Positions 41,420 through 55,706 are shown, numbered from the stretch's first letter. The stretch is 64,000 nucleotides of DNA from Octopus sinensis (GCF_006345805.1 NC_043002.1:76322001-76386000), one strand, 5' to 3'. Translations and numbers: made by a program. The notes: generated from the sequence alone by a model not told the origin.

Positions 41420-41850
41420 TATACAAAATGGGACAAGAACGCAAAACATCTAGTCAGGTGATACAAGAAAGGGACAACAAAACATCCAGGTAGACAATAC
41501 AAAGAAAATAAGGACGGGTCACTCAGAGTTTTCTTTCCTCAGTCGAGTTCCAGATTATCGTTGCAATTTTGGCTGGTTATACTCGCGACTGCTCCAATCT
41601 GACCAGTCCCAAGGAAAAACTAAGCCAAGAGCATTAGATTCTTTGAAAGAAAGCAGCGGATGTATACGAAAACAAGGACGGAAAAAAACGGGCAAAGTTA
41701 CACAAATACAAATAACAGGAAATAACAACATGTGTCTTTCGACTAGGGACGAATTAAATTAAGCTGGCGTGTGCGGAAGTAAAGCCTTACGGCAGAGATA
41801 CTAGATTTCACAGGCACAGGGAAGAATACAGATGCTGCACGGACAGTGCA
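41420..41850 (-). mobile_element. Diverged inverted relative of the 52165-53400 repeat (PLE-like pLTR)
   Basis: Shared blocks ggacaagaacg, tcagtc, aattt.ggctg.tta, aaaaactaagc...gagcattaga; starts at (TA)n. Confidence 0.6.
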
Positions 41851-41904
41851 TGTCAGTGTATTACATGCTATTAGTATACGATTCTTTATTCATTATTGCG
41901 TGAG

Positions 41905-42040
41905 AGCCCCAAATTCCGCCGACATCGACTTTGTCATTCATACATCCAGAGTCTTATTAAATAAGTACCAGTTGAGCACTGGGGTCGATTACAACGACTA
42001 GCCCCTTCCTTCAAAATATGAGGCCATGTACCTAGTATTA
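41905..42040 (+). mobile_element. SINE family B fragment
   Basis: tcgactttg...taagtaccagttgagcactggggtcgat. Confidence 0.7.
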
Positions 42041-43029
42041 GTATTATTGTTGTTCTTTTTATTATAGTTGTTGTTGTCCTTCTTGATGGTGCTACAAATT
42101 TGTTATAATGAATTCTGACACTTTTATCTCTATTATTTTTGCCGTTGTTATTGTCTGTCGGATGTACATTTCTTCTTCACTATTCTCACCGTTGTAGTTG
42201 CTTTAGTGCAATGTGTCTTTTAGCTTTGTCTTCACTCTCTGAAGAAACAACATCAAGCCCGTGGAAACTCTAGAGTAACCAACAGTCTACAGGACCGGTC
42301 TATATATATATATACAAACACACACATACACACACACACACACACACACAAACAGAAAGAGAGAGAGATGGGTACATACTTATGTATATACTATATATAT
42401 ATATATTTATATATATTATATATATATATATTATTATATATATATATACATATATATACTTGTATTTATATATATATATGTATATGTGTATGCATGTAGA
42501 CACATGTGTGACTAGCTAAACAGCTATTTATCAAGCACGTACTTCTGGGTTGTATGTGTGTATAAATGTATATGTGAAAGGGTACATATCTATATATACA
42601 TACATAACACACACACTGACATATAAATGTATACATATAAAGAAAGTGAGAGAGAGAGATTCATGTATGTTCACAATACATATGTATGCATAAGTATATA
42701 CACACACATATATATACCTTTATGTGTGTGTATTTATTTATATATATATATATATATTAATTCACATACTTTGATTGATATTGAGAGAAAAACTGCACGA
42801 CATCAATCCATTTACCTCAGTAGCATTTCCTGCTCTTTGTCTTATCCTTTCACTCCTTCCTCTCCTTCCTCTCCTTCCTTTCTCATCTTTTCCTCTCCTT
42901 ATCTCTCTCTCTCATTCATTCACTTCGTGTCTCTCTCCTCTCTGTCTCCCCTCCCCCTCTCTCTGTGTATTACACGATCTATGTTTTTCTCTAATTCTTA
43001 TCCCTCCCTACTACTTTTGCCATCTTTGC

Positions 43030-43049
43030 ACACATCATCATCATCATCA

Positions 43050-43143
<94 letters not shown>

Positions 43144-43452
43144 ATTATTATTGTTGTTATGATTATTATTTCTCAGCATTATGTGTTTCTACTCCCATCC
43201 TCTTTCTTCCCACCGCCTCTACCTCCACAACAATTCCAATCAACCTTTGCTACTATGACCATGGTTATTAGTATCACCTCCACAATCTAATGTCGGCATC
43301 CAACACACATTTAATATATATAGATATAATCTACATACATGACTATACGGGACTGTTACACTCTATCTCTATCACTCTGTCCTCTCTCCTCCTCTCTCTC
43401 TCTCTCATTATCTCTCTCTCCCTCCCTCTCTCTCTCTCTCCCTCTCTCCCTC

Positions 43453-43484
<32 letters not shown>

Positions 43485-43691
43485 CTCTCTCTCTCCTTCT
43501 CTCTCTCCTCTCTCTCTCTCCTCTCTGTGCGTATGTGTGTGTGTTTTCTGTTTGAAATCTAGGAGAACTAAAGCTTACATACAAAACATGATCAAATTAT
43601 ACACTGTACAAATGCAGTCATCCATCACTTTCTTTTATACTGACTCTCATTCTCTCTTCATAGTACCCTCACTCATTTTCTATCTATCTCT

Positions 43692-43722
<31 letters not shown>

Positions 43723-43812
43723 GTTATAATTATTCTCCCTCATTCTACCTTTAGTTATGAATCTACCCTTGGATAGATAGAGAGGGAGAGGGAGGGAAAG
43801 AGAGAGAGAGAT

Positions 43813-43843
<31 letters not shown>

Positions 43844-43958
43844 GGGAGATAGACAGAGAGATAGGGAGACAGAGAGGGAGATAGAGAAATAGATAGACAG
43901 ACAAACAGACAGACAGATAAACAGACAGACAAACAGACAGACAGATAAACAGACAGAC

Positions 43959-44044
<86 letters not shown>

Positions 44045-44076
44045 ACAGACAGACAGATGGATAGAGAAATAGAGAA

Positions 44077-44149
<73 letters not shown>

Positions 44150-44280
44150 CAGTCAGACAGACAGTTACATACATACATATATACATACATACATACATAC
44201 ATACATACATACATACATACATACATACATACATACATACATACATACATACATACATACATACTTGCATGCATACATAC
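43030..44280. repeat. Compound microsatellite field (TTA/TTG, CT, GATA/GACA, TACA)
   Basis: Direct reading. Confidence 0.9.
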
Positions 44281-44721
44281 ATAGAGATAAAAAAAAGTGA
44301 GAAGGAAATATATATTCCATCCTATGTCTCTTTGTCTTTCTATGTACAATCGACCATTTTGTTTTTTTTTGTTTTTGTTTTATTATTTGCACCCGATTTC
44401 TATTAATATTTAATGTGTTAGTTGTTTATTGTTATTATTACCGATGTAATAGTTTTTTTTTGTTTTATGCTGGTGTCACACACATACATACATACATATA
44501 TATATATATCTACATATGTATATGTATGTATGTATATATGTATGTTTGTATATATATGTATATGAGAGATTTTGTTTCTTGCTTTGTATCATAACTTTTC
44601 AACTTGTTTCTTTGTTCTCTCTCTCTCTCTCTCTCTCTTCTTTCTCTCTCTCTCTATTTAGCTAGCTATCTATCTCTCGACACACGCACACGCATATGTA
44701 TATCTGCATATATACACACGG

Positions 44722-44756
<35 letters not shown>

Positions 44757-44950
44757 GTGCGCGCGCGCGCATGTATATTTATAAAGATCTGTGTTTGTGT
44801 AAGTTTGGGTTGGGTAGCCATTATTAAACTTACAGTATATTGATATATCTTCAACTTCTTCCATATTAATATATAGAGATAGAGGGAGAGAGAGGGAGAA
44901 TGAGTAAGTGAGAGAGAGGAAAGAAAATGAGAAACATTATATATATATAT

Positions 44951-45833
44951 AGAATGTTTGATGGGTAATTTGTTGCCATTTTATATTTTTATTTCGCGCA
45001 TGCGCATTGTTTTTTCTGACTGCTGACTACACAGTATAGTAGGGTCAGTTGGATACCGCCTGTAAGAACAACAGTACCATGACGCAGTTCACTCTGCCAG
45101 AAATTTGGAAACGACATGCTGTACTGCTTGGCATTCGTGCTGGAAGCTCCAATATGAATGTTCCAATGTTTGGGTGTCATTCTGAGGATATTGCAATCTG
45201 AGGACATGTACCGAGAGTGATAAAGTCAAACATCGAGTAAACTTCTTGGTGTTTGAAGTGATCTGTAGTGATGGCAACATTATGCTTGCCATCATCTTCC
45301 CACACGGCCTCAGACTGAAAACAGAGGCCTACCGCAGGTACCTGAAAGACGTAGTGCTGCCCTGGGTAAAGAAGGCGGCTGCTGGAAGACCCTATGTCTG
45401 ATAATAGGACTCTGCACCATGCCCCACAAGCAGTCATGGCTATCAGACAATTTCTGCGAGCACATTACCCCTAACATCTGGCCACCTAACTCCCCAAACT
45501 GCAACCCCCTTGACTATTATGTGCAGGGCGCAGTTGAGCAAGAGATCAAGAAAAATCGTTGAAACACTGAAGATGAACTGAAGGAAAGGATTATGCCAGC
45601 ATTCACCAGTTTGAACAAGGAGACCACCCAGAAGAGTTGCAGGGAGATTCCGAAGTCGACTGGAGGCCATGGTTGAAGCTAATGGTGATTTTATTAGATA
45701 AACTTACTCTTTAGTATTTCGAGATATTTTGGTGTAATTATAAAAATTATGGAAAATATATCTATTAAAATGAGATGTCAGTGTTATCTTCATTTTAGCG
45801 TCATTTAGACGACAATTTATTCACCGCACCCTG
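44951..45833 (+). mobile_element. Internally deleted Tc1/mariner superfamily transposon (maT/DD37D-like)
   Basis: YLKDVVLPWVK, DSAP, WPPNSPNCNPLDYYV, RSRLEAMVEANGDFIR*; right TIR ...aatttattcaccgcaccctg. Confidence 0.85.
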
Positions 45834-46290
45834 AATATGTATATACATATACAAGTCTGTGTGCGCGCGCGTGTGTGGGTGTGTACGTGTGGCTGTGTCT
45901 ACACGTGTGTTTATTAGACTACACTGTGTCATTAGACTAAGATAGAAAGCAAAGATATGTTTGCTTCAAATTTCTATGCGAACCCTCTGCATTGAATTCT
46001 CTTCGTGGTCAAATTTAACCGCTACCCTTCTCCTCTCAGTCTTTCCCAGTTTAAGAAAATGGTCCCAGACCAGGTCGCACAGTATGCCTTGCGGTGTCTG
46101 TTTCGGCTTCGTGGAATTCTGAATTCAAATGCGGTCCCCATCCGCGAAGAAGAGAAACCCATTCTCTTAGGAGGTGCGACCAAAAGACAATATAAGCAAT
46201 TCAAATGGCTGATGGGAAAATGGTTTCGTTGGTCCGATGGGAGGATAGTAATTGGTCTTTGATATCTAAATGGACAGCCGCATAATCTCC

Positions 46291-46390
46291 NNNNNNNNNN
46301 NNNNNNNNNNNNNNNNNNNNNNNNNNNNNNNNNNNNNNNNNNNNNNNNNNNNNNNNNNNNNNNNNNNNNNNNNNNNNNNNNNNNNNNNNN
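46291..46390. other. Assembly gap (100 N)
   Basis: Run of n. Confidence 1.
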
Positions 46391-46572
46391 AATGATTTTT
46401 TGCTACCCTGAAATTAATTCAATAATGATTTTTTGGATAATTTTGAAAGAAAATCGGCATTTTTCTATTTGCTACCGATAAAACCTGCGCTTGCGCGGTG
46501 GATTTGAAAGATTATAACATGTAAGCACGAGGCATGTTCTGTATTGCCTCGTATTTATATGTTAATCTTGGC

Positions 46573-46642
46573 TTTCCTGCTGATGATAGCTGCGCGTAGC
46601 AAATTATTTGCTGAAGATAGCTTGAAACCATGGTACAAGAAA
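46573..46642 (+). ncRNA. Hammerhead ribozyme motif with intact core
   Basis: UUUCCUG-CUGAUGA-[UAGCU...UAGCAAA-UUA-UUUGCUG...AGCUU]-GAAA-C-CAUG-GUA-CAAGAAA; palindromic stem III CCAUGG. Confidence 0.8.
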
Positions 46643-46880
46643 TGTTTTTATTTTTCATTCCCTTTCGAAATTACCCCTAATCGTGGTTTGGATTTTAACT
46701 ATTCCTTCTAGCGGGTTAGATGTCGTATTATGGTCATCTCTTATGTGTTTAAATGTACACTGTATTTATATGAATAATATATTGTCCATTGACTAGTTTT
46801 TTTCTTCACGCTAGACCACTGGTAGCCAAAAATTTCTAAATAAGTTTTTGCTACCCTGAAATGTATTATATCTATATATT

Positions 46881-46919
<39 letters not shown>

Positions 46920-48488
46920 TGTGTGGTGTGTGTGTGTGTGTGTGTGTGTGCGTGCGTGTGTGTGTGTGGCGTGTGTATGTGTGTGTGTGTGTGTGTTTGT
47001 GTTTGTGTGTGTGCGTGCGCGTGCGTGTGCGTGAGTGTATGTATGTAAGAGTATAGAGATACGTGTTTAATATTCTAATAGCGGACTTAGTAAGAATGAT
47101 GAGAAATGTGTCCCGCACGTGCTACCCGACGGAATTAGAAAGACACATACAACATCTCATTCACCGCATGCAGTTCTCTGTCTACAGCCAAAGGGACAGG
47201 ATTAGAGTGTACAAAAGAGCTAGGCCTAAATAAAAGGCCACCATAAAGAGTGATGCAAAATGAGATGTGCCCCCTATACAGGAGTAAACCCTAGAATAGT
47301 ATAGATAGGACCAAGAAGAAAATAGGTATGGTCAAATCATGGTATGACAGCCATAAATACCAGAATGTCATGTTTGTTGATGCTCCCCCTGGCAGCGAAC
47401 TAACATATTTTTTTAGGAAAAGAGGATAAGCTATATCAACGCATTAAAGTAGTAGAAAGGCCAAGAACCCCCATAAAATCCCTGGTCTGTAGAACATATC
47501 CATTCGGAAGGACCCCAGGTATGGAGAGCAACTGTATAGTATGTAGGATGGTTACTTGTATGAGTAGGAGTGTTGTCTGTAGCACACGGTGTATTGAGGA
47601 CGGCGCAGAAACAAGACAACCGCATAAATGGCGGAGATAGCACGAAGTATAGGGGAGCAAATAGGTGTACACTGGCAGGAACTCAAAGAAGCGAAAAGCA
47701 CGTCAGTGCTCTGCCAAAATGCTCAATTAGAACATAGAGCTCGGTTGATAATATAGAAGTTGAGGTATTATCAACGCATAGAACAGACGCGACACTTAGA
47801 ATACATAGGCCACACACATAGTTATAAACAGACCGAGCCTCAACAGAAAAACACGAAAGGAGCAATAACACCCACTATCACCATAGGGATACAGAAGCAA
47901 ACGTACCATTCAAAAAGAAAATGAGCTAAACAAGACAAGAGAAGACACGTGGGATAGAGAATCGCTGAAGAGGTCATAGGTTGTGTCACGAAAGATTTCC
48001 AGACATAGGACATAAAATAAGAACAATAATGAAATAAATCTGCAGTGAAGAACGAATATATAGTGCGTGTGTTTATTTGGTAAAAAAAAATGATAAAGAT
48101 GATAATACCCATCCCGAAATATAACAATAAGTGTTTCAACACACGATTTCACATCAGGAATCTTGCAAAACAAATACATAAACGTATGTATATATGTGTG
48201 TGTGTGTGTGGTTTTGTGTGTGTGGTGTGTGTGTGTGTGTGTGGTTTGTGTGTGTGTGTGTGTGTGTGTGTGTATGAGTGAAAATATATTATGAATAAAC
48301 AAACAAACGGGAAATAGACACAAATGGTCGCCAACTCCTCATCAAAGGGTCAATCGCAACTTCGCGTTACACACACACACACACACACACACATACACAT
48401 ATTTATACTTTATTATGAAAGCAACAAAAACATCATAAAAATATTACAAAAAACTGCACACACACACAACACACACACACACACACAT

Positions 48489-48640
48489 ATACGATGGGCT
48501 TCTTTCAGTTTCCATCTACCAAATCCATTCACAAGGCTTTGGTCGGTTCGAGGCTATAGCAGAAGACACTTGCCCAAGGTGCCACGCAGTGGGACTGTAC
48601 CCGCAACCACGTGGATTCTAAGCAAGCTACTTACCACATA
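48489..48640 (-). mobile_element. SINE family A head fragment
   Basis: Similarity to other copies. Confidence 0.85.
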
Positions 48641-48884
48641 TGTTTAAAGATGCACACACACACACACACACACACTCATACTCACACATCTGTGTATTTA
48701 CATGCATATTTTTACTCTACACTATTCATGAGTTCCTTATAGATTACCTCCTCCTTATTTCCCTATCAAGTGTTCATGTCCTCCATTTCGATTTGTATGT
48801 TACCACATACTTTTAGTTGGATTTACAATCAATTTTTATATAAAACATGCTATAAATAAAAGAATCAAAGAAAATAACCTCTCA

Positions 48885-49465
48885 CCATCACTTCTATCAC
48901 CACCACCACCACTACTACCACCACCACCTTCGCAATTTTCATTGTCACCACTACCAACCCCAACATCGCTACCTCCACCACCGCTACCATCACAACGACT
49001 TCGACCACCACCACTGATACCACCAACACCACTACCACCACCAGGAGCAAAATGCAAGGTAAACAACAACATGAACAAAGAAAACAAGATAATAATGACA
49101 ATAATGGCGGAAAGAGAACAACAACAATAAAATCCTCATCAATCATTATAATTATCATCATCATCATGATCGCCATCACCACCACCACCACCATCACCAC
49201 GACGACAACGACGGCCACCACCACCACCACCATGGTCGACATCAACTGCAACAACAGTAGCAACAACGACCACCAGAACCCCCTTTCCCTAAAGAAACGT
49301 AAACAAAGGCAACAACAAGAACAATGCAAATACAAGAAAAAAAAATATACCAAAATCAAAACAAAAATAAAGCAGCAATGACAATGTCGAAGACAACGAC
49401 GACAATAGCAAAAAAAAACAAAAAAAAAACAAGGAATAAAAAAGAAAATGGTACTAATAAAAGCA

Positions 49466-49497
<32 letters not shown>

Positions 49498-49957
49498 CGA
49501 CAGCAACAACAATAGCACCATCAACTAACATTACTAACTACTACAACTATAAGATCTAGGAAAAGTGCATACAGCGACGACGACGACGACGACTACATCA
49601 ACAATAATGACAACGATGATGACAACGACAAGATCAGCCATTCTTTACACGAGTATTATTTTTCAACTTTGCTGCTAAAATAACGCTCCAAGCCATACAT
49701 TTTTAGTTCGTTTCTCAATAGTCAAGTAAATTTGATAATAAAAAAATAAATTTAAAAGAGAGAGAGAGAGAGAGAAAAAAAAAAGTTTTAAAAACCACAC
49801 CCAAAGAAAACAACTACTAAATATAGAAACTTAAAATAATAAACAAAAAGAACTACTACTACTACTACTACTACTACTACTGCTACTACCACTACTACTA
49901 CCACTACCACTACCACTACCACTACTGGTGCTGCTGCTGCTACTACTACTACTACTA

Positions 49958-49989
<32 letters not shown>

Positions 49990-50079
49990 GCTGCTGCTAC
50001 TACTACTACTACTACTACTACCACTACTACCACTACTACTACTACTGCTGCTACTACTACTACTACCACCACCACCACC

Positions 50080-50125
<46 letters not shown>
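48885..50125. repeat. Trinucleotide repeat fields (ACC, CAA, CAG, GAC, CTA)
   Basis: Direct reading. Confidence 0.9.
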
Positions 50126-50306
50126 TCTACTACAGCCACGACAACAACTAAAAGTAAACATAATTATTACAATAACAATAGAAAAGTATTGAAAAACAAA
50201 TAAAAACAAACAAATAATTGAATAAATAAATCCAACAAAATTTTTGTTTTATCATCCATTTTGTGTTGCAGCGTTTCTTTTTGTTTAAATTTTGTTTCGT
50301 TTTTTT

Positions 50307-50337
<31 letters not shown>

Positions 50338-50397
50338 TTTATTTTTGTTGTTATTAATCATTTCATTTTATTTATTTAATTTTATTATTTGCATATT

Positions 50398-50428
<31 letters not shown>

Positions 50429-50509
50429 TCGTTGTTGTAATTGTTTTGTTTCTTTCTTTTAATTTTTTTTTTTAATTTTTAAAATTATTTAATTTTATTA
50501 TTTGCATAT

Positions 50510-50540
<31 letters not shown>

Positions 50541-51445
50541 TCGTTGTTGTAATTGTTTTTTTTTTCTTTTTAATTTTTTAATTTTTTTTTTTTTTAATTT
50601 TTTGTCTTTTTTGTTTGGCATGTTATTATTTCCTTGATCGCGTCATTTTTGTGCTTGAATTCTTGTGAGGAGGAACAGCGAACAGAGGCTAGCACCAACG
50701 CTTCATTTTATTTGGCGCCTGAGAAGAATAATGTGTCAGTTTTGAACAAATTAAAACTTAAATACAATTTCCAAGGTGGTGAGGGGAAGGAAAAAGAGGT
50801 GGGGGGGGAGGATATAATAACAACGAAGCAATCAACAACAAACCCCCCACCTAAACAAAATAAAAAAACAACCAACAACAACACAACAGCAAACAACAAA
50901 CGACTTTAGTAATGAGGTGATGTTCTCATTGCTAAGATGTTGTATAGCTTCGTTTTCTTTCTTTCTTTCCTTCTATCTTCTTTCTTTCTTTCTTTATTTA
51001 TTTATTTTAGTTGTTTTTTATGTTGTAGTTTTTGAATTATACTACTTCTTTTCTCTTCGTATTATCGATAACTTCATTGATTATTTTATTTTATTTTTTT
51101 TTTTTTTATTTAATTGTGTGTGTGTGTGTGTGTGTTTTTTTTTTTTAGAGTTTTATTTGATTTTATTCCATATGCCTTCGGCACTGTTTTTAAAAGAAAA
51201 CAGTCACAGCAGCAGCAGCAGCAGTAGCAGCAGTAGCAGTAGCATCAACTACAACAATAACAAAAACAATTGCATCACTATCAATAGACGCATCAACAAA
51301 AAAACAAAACAACAAAAAAACACTAACAATAACAAATAAAACAAAGAGACAACAAAAAAATAATCCAGGAGGAAAAAAAAATGCGTGACAACAACAATGA
51401 TAATAATACTGATAATAATAGACGAAGAAGAAGAAGAAATAAGCA

Positions 51446-51478
<33 letters not shown>

Positions 51479-51641
51479 AAGACGGAAAAAGAAAACTTAT
51501 CTTCGTTGCTTTTTTTTAATTTTCAATGTTCTGTGTTTTTTAGTTAACGAATTCCATAACAATCGTGAGATGAATTAAGAAATGTATGTTGAGATCATAT
51601 GCGCGCGCGCATGCGTGAGTATGCGTATTTAATATATATAT

Positions 51642-51673
<32 letters not shown>

Positions 51674-51691
51674 GTATATATATAGATTATC

Positions 51692-51934
51692 TTTTAACTT
51701 CTTTACTTGTTTCAGTTATCATGTCATTTGAACTGCGGGCATGCTGGAGCACCGACTTTAAATCGAGCAACTCAACCCCAGGACTTATTCTTTTGTAAGC
51801 CCAGTACTTGTTCTATCAGTCTCTTTTGCCGAACCGCTAATAACGGAGACATAAACACACCAGCATCGGTTGTCAACAATGCTAGGGGGACCAAACACAG
51901 ACACACAAACACACACACATACCTATATTATATA

Positions 51935-52010
<76 letters not shown>

Positions 52011-52152
52011 TATATACGACGGGCTTCTTTCAGTTTCCGTCTACCAAATCCACTCACAAGACGTTGGTCGGCCCGAGGCTATAGTAGAAGACACTTGCCC
52101 AAGGTGCCACGCAGTGGGACTGAACCCGGAACCATGTGGTTGGTAAGCAAGC
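51692..52152 (-). mobile_element. SINE family A, head truncated by the adjacent element
   Basis: Similarity to 3791-4382. Confidence 0.9.
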
Positions 52153-52164
52153 CTATATATATAC

Positions 52165-53396
52165 AAGGCTCCTTTCCTTGCGCCAGAGAAAAAATTTGTT
52201 TGCTTGTTATCAGTCGTAAGACATTGTTGTTGTTTTCACCGTTAATGCTTCTGTATTTCATGTTTCTGTATTCCATTGTTTTTTTATATTCGTCCCTTTT
52301 GCTGTCCTGGTGTCCGTATGCATTCGATCCTTCTCCAGGAAATCTACGCTCCCAGCTTAGTTTTTCTAATGCTCGTTGCTTAGTTTTTCTTGGAGGGCTG
52401 GCCGTGATCTAGTAATCTCAAGATTAATCAGCCGAAATTACTACGATGATCCGGTTCTTGACTGAAGACTGAGGGTTTCGAATGTCTTGTCCGTGTTTAT
52501 TGTATCGTCTTCTAAGAGTTATACGTTCTTGTCCATGTTGTATTTTTCTACATACCTTAACATATATTCCAGGCGCCACGTACCCTCTTAACATTAATGT
52601 CAGCACATATTCTTAATAACTGGTACGACTCTTTGTTTGTCTCTCTCTCTCTCTCACTTTTACTTGATCTGTCCCCTTCTCTCTCTACTCATCCTCTTTT
52701 TCTCTTCTCTTTCCTCTGATTCTTTGGTCTAATCTTCCACTACCCTCCTATTTCTTTGTCTCGCTCTGCACTCACAGGTCGCTCTTCGACACCCATCCCT
52801 TCTCCTCTCTGATTCCTTCTTTCTCTCTCTTCTCGCTCTTTGTCGCGTTTGTCCCTCCTCTCTCTCTCTCTCTTCCGTTGCTTCTCTTTCTTTTCTTTTC
52901 TCTCTTCTCTGTCACGTGACTGCTGGCCGAAATCTGCCTTTCAGCTTCTGACCAGCGTCGTGTTAACATCGTTGTTTTTCGTCCGCCGCTATAGGCATCG
53001 CCGATAAGGCTCCTTTCCTTGCGCCAGAGAAAAAATTTGTTTGCTTGTTATCAGTCGTAAGACACTTGTTGTTGTTTTCACCGTTAATGCTTCTGTATTT
53101 CATGTTTCTGTATTCCATTGTTTTTTTATATTCGTCCCTTTTGCTGTCCTGGTGGTCCGTATGCATTCGATCCTTCTTCCAGGAAATCTACGCTCCCAGC
53201 TTAGTTTTTCTAATGCTCGTTGCTTGTTTTTCTTGGAGGGCTGGCCGTGATTAGTAATCTCAAGATTAATCAGCCGAAATTACTACGATGATCGGGTTCT
53301 TGACTGAAGACTGAGGGTTTCGATGTCTTGTCCGTGTTTATTGTATCGTCTTCTAAGAGTTATACGTTCTGTCCATGTTGTATTTTTCTACATACC

Positions 53397-53400
<4 letters not shown>
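52165..53400 (+). mobile_element. Element with 395-bp near-identical direct repeats (52165-52560, 53006-53400) around a CT-rich spacer; probable non-autonomous PLE derivative
   Basis: Direct repeat seen; no TG..CA LTR ends; (TA)n flanks; CTGAAGA motif within each repeat. Confidence 0.6.
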
Positions 53401-53462
<62 letters not shown>

Positions 53463-53729
53463 TATATACATGCATAATATATATATATATATATATATAC
53501 TACATATATACAATAACAATTTAATAGATAAAACATATGCATACATACATACATACGTATGTACATACCTACATCTATATGTATATATACATGCATATAT
53601 GAGTACAGAACACCACAAATAAAGTAGAACACAACGAGAAACGAAAACATCAAATCAAACATGATTGAACACCACGCGTCGTTTCTTCTTCTCCAAGTAA
53701 GTTTATATATATATATATATATATTATAT

Positions 53730-53760
<31 letters not shown>

Positions 53761-53827
53761 TATACATACGTACATACGTATATTTACATACGTACATACA
53801 CACACACAAATATGAGGGGATATTATA

Positions 53828-54060
53828 TATTTCTTTACTACCCACAAGGGGCTAAACATAGAGGGGACAAACAAGGACAGACAAACGAATTGAGTCGATT
53901 CCATTGACCCCAGTGCGAAACTGGTACCTAATTTATCGACCCCGAAAGGATGAAAGGCAAAGTCGACCTCGGCGGAATTTGAACTCAGAACGTAACGGCA
54001 GACAAAATACGGCTACGCATTTCGCCCGGCGTGCTACCGTTTCTGCCAGCTCGCCGCCTT
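53828..54060 (-). mobile_element. Full-length SINE family B with an apparent target-site duplication
   Basis: Reverse complement of the 8258-8490 type; tatgaggggatattata occurs on both sides (53811 and 54060). Confidence 0.9.
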
Positions 54061-54362
54061 ATGAGGGGATATTATAAACCAGGCTATCATCTCGTTAGCA
54101 CTTCATGCAAAAACTTGCTAAAGTAATATTCAGTTAAGTGAATAAACATCAGTTAAACTCTAGCAGATTAAAAAGAGGCGTACTTCGAAAATTGAAGGCG
54201 TCCGACGAGGTGAACGAACCGTAAAAATTATCATTTTATTTTATTGTAGATTACATGTATTGTATATACATGCATAAATACATACGTACACACACGCACA
54301 CACGCACACACACAGGCACACACACGCACACACACACACACATGTATACATGTCCATATATC

Positions 54363-54469
54363 TATTATTAATGAATTAGAAAATAAGATTGGACAGAGTT
54401 AAAAATTAAAAGTTAAATTTTTAAAAAATTTTTAACTCTCCAATCTTATTTTTTAATTGTTTAATAATA
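54363..54469. repeat. AT-rich inverted repeat (arms of about 45 bp)
   Basis: tattattaa...aaaataagattgga..gagttaaaaatt versus its reverse complement at 54427-54469. Confidence 0.8.
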
Positions 54470-54514
54470 CATATTTGATATATACATGTATGCGTGCACG
54501 TGTGCGGATGAATC

Positions 54515-54551
<37 letters not shown>

Positions 54552-54868
54552 ATGCGTGTGTATGTGTGTGTGTGTGTGTGCATTTATATATATAACATAT
54601 ATATCATCATCATCATCATCATCATCGTTTAACGTCCGTTTTCCATGGTAGCATGTGTTGGACGGTTCGACCGGGGTCTGGGAAGCCAGGAGGCTTCACC
54701 AGGCTCCAGTCTGATCTAGCAGCGTTTCTACAGCTCGATGCCCTTCCTAACGCCGTGAATGTAGTGGCTGCTTTTTACATGCCACCGGCACAGGTGCCAG
54801 GAGAGGCTGGCAACGGCCACGCTTGGTTGGTGCTTTTTACGTGCCACCAGCACGGAAGCCAGTCAAGG

Positions 54869-54920
<52 letters not shown>

Positions 54921-55706
54921 TATGAGTTTAAATACATAAGTATGCGGGGCTATATAATAGTGCATACACACACGTATATGTATGTGTGCGCGTGCGTATA
55001 TCAATATACACTTCTTCCTTTCTCTCATTCCTCAGCACTTAATATCACATTAGCCAATACAATAAACACCGCCGTCTATTTTCAGAAACTTGACCATTAT
55101 CTCTTATTATTATTCCCTTCCTTTTTGAGGTTTACTACTCCCTTTAATAATCCCCCTGTACCATTTTCCGTACCCACCCCTCTACCTTAGTGCCTTTCAA
55201 ACATATCATCCCCTTCTACACTTCACACATATTCATTCCTTAGATTCTTATTTCTTCCTATCCCGCCCCTTCTCTTCTCCCACCCCTCATGATATCTTGA
55301 CCACCAACTAACACTCCTTTTCTCATTTTGTCTTCCTCTTTCTACTTTCTTTCATCTTTCCTCACCTATCCCTTTTGACCAGTCTCCTCATTTTATCTAA
55401 TTAGTACTACCACTACATTCTCAAAATATCATTCACACCGCAAGACCAGTTTGAATGAGAAGCACATGGAATCTACGTCCCCATACTTCCCATTTGTAAA
55501 GACAAAATATGAACTCCTATTTGAATTTACATACCATGGGTAAGAAGCATTTCTACCACTTCTATACACCACTTTCCTTGGATAAGGGAACTCCAAATAT
55601 AACATCCTACATATATTTTTTATTTTATTCTCTTATTTCCATTCTTTTCCAAAATAACTCCTTATATTGAACTCTACTATTTCCTTCTATTTAACCATCA
55701 CACATT

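Noticed and set aside
47100-48170. Unique-looking 1-kb segment as a gene
   Set aside because: No credible ORF or splice structure; a decayed ctgatg...gaaac on minus near 48130-48156 hints at an old repeat but cannot be assigned
52165-53400. LTR retrotransposon or TRIM
   Set aside because: The repeats lack TG...CA ends, and I see no PBS, PPT or target-site duplication
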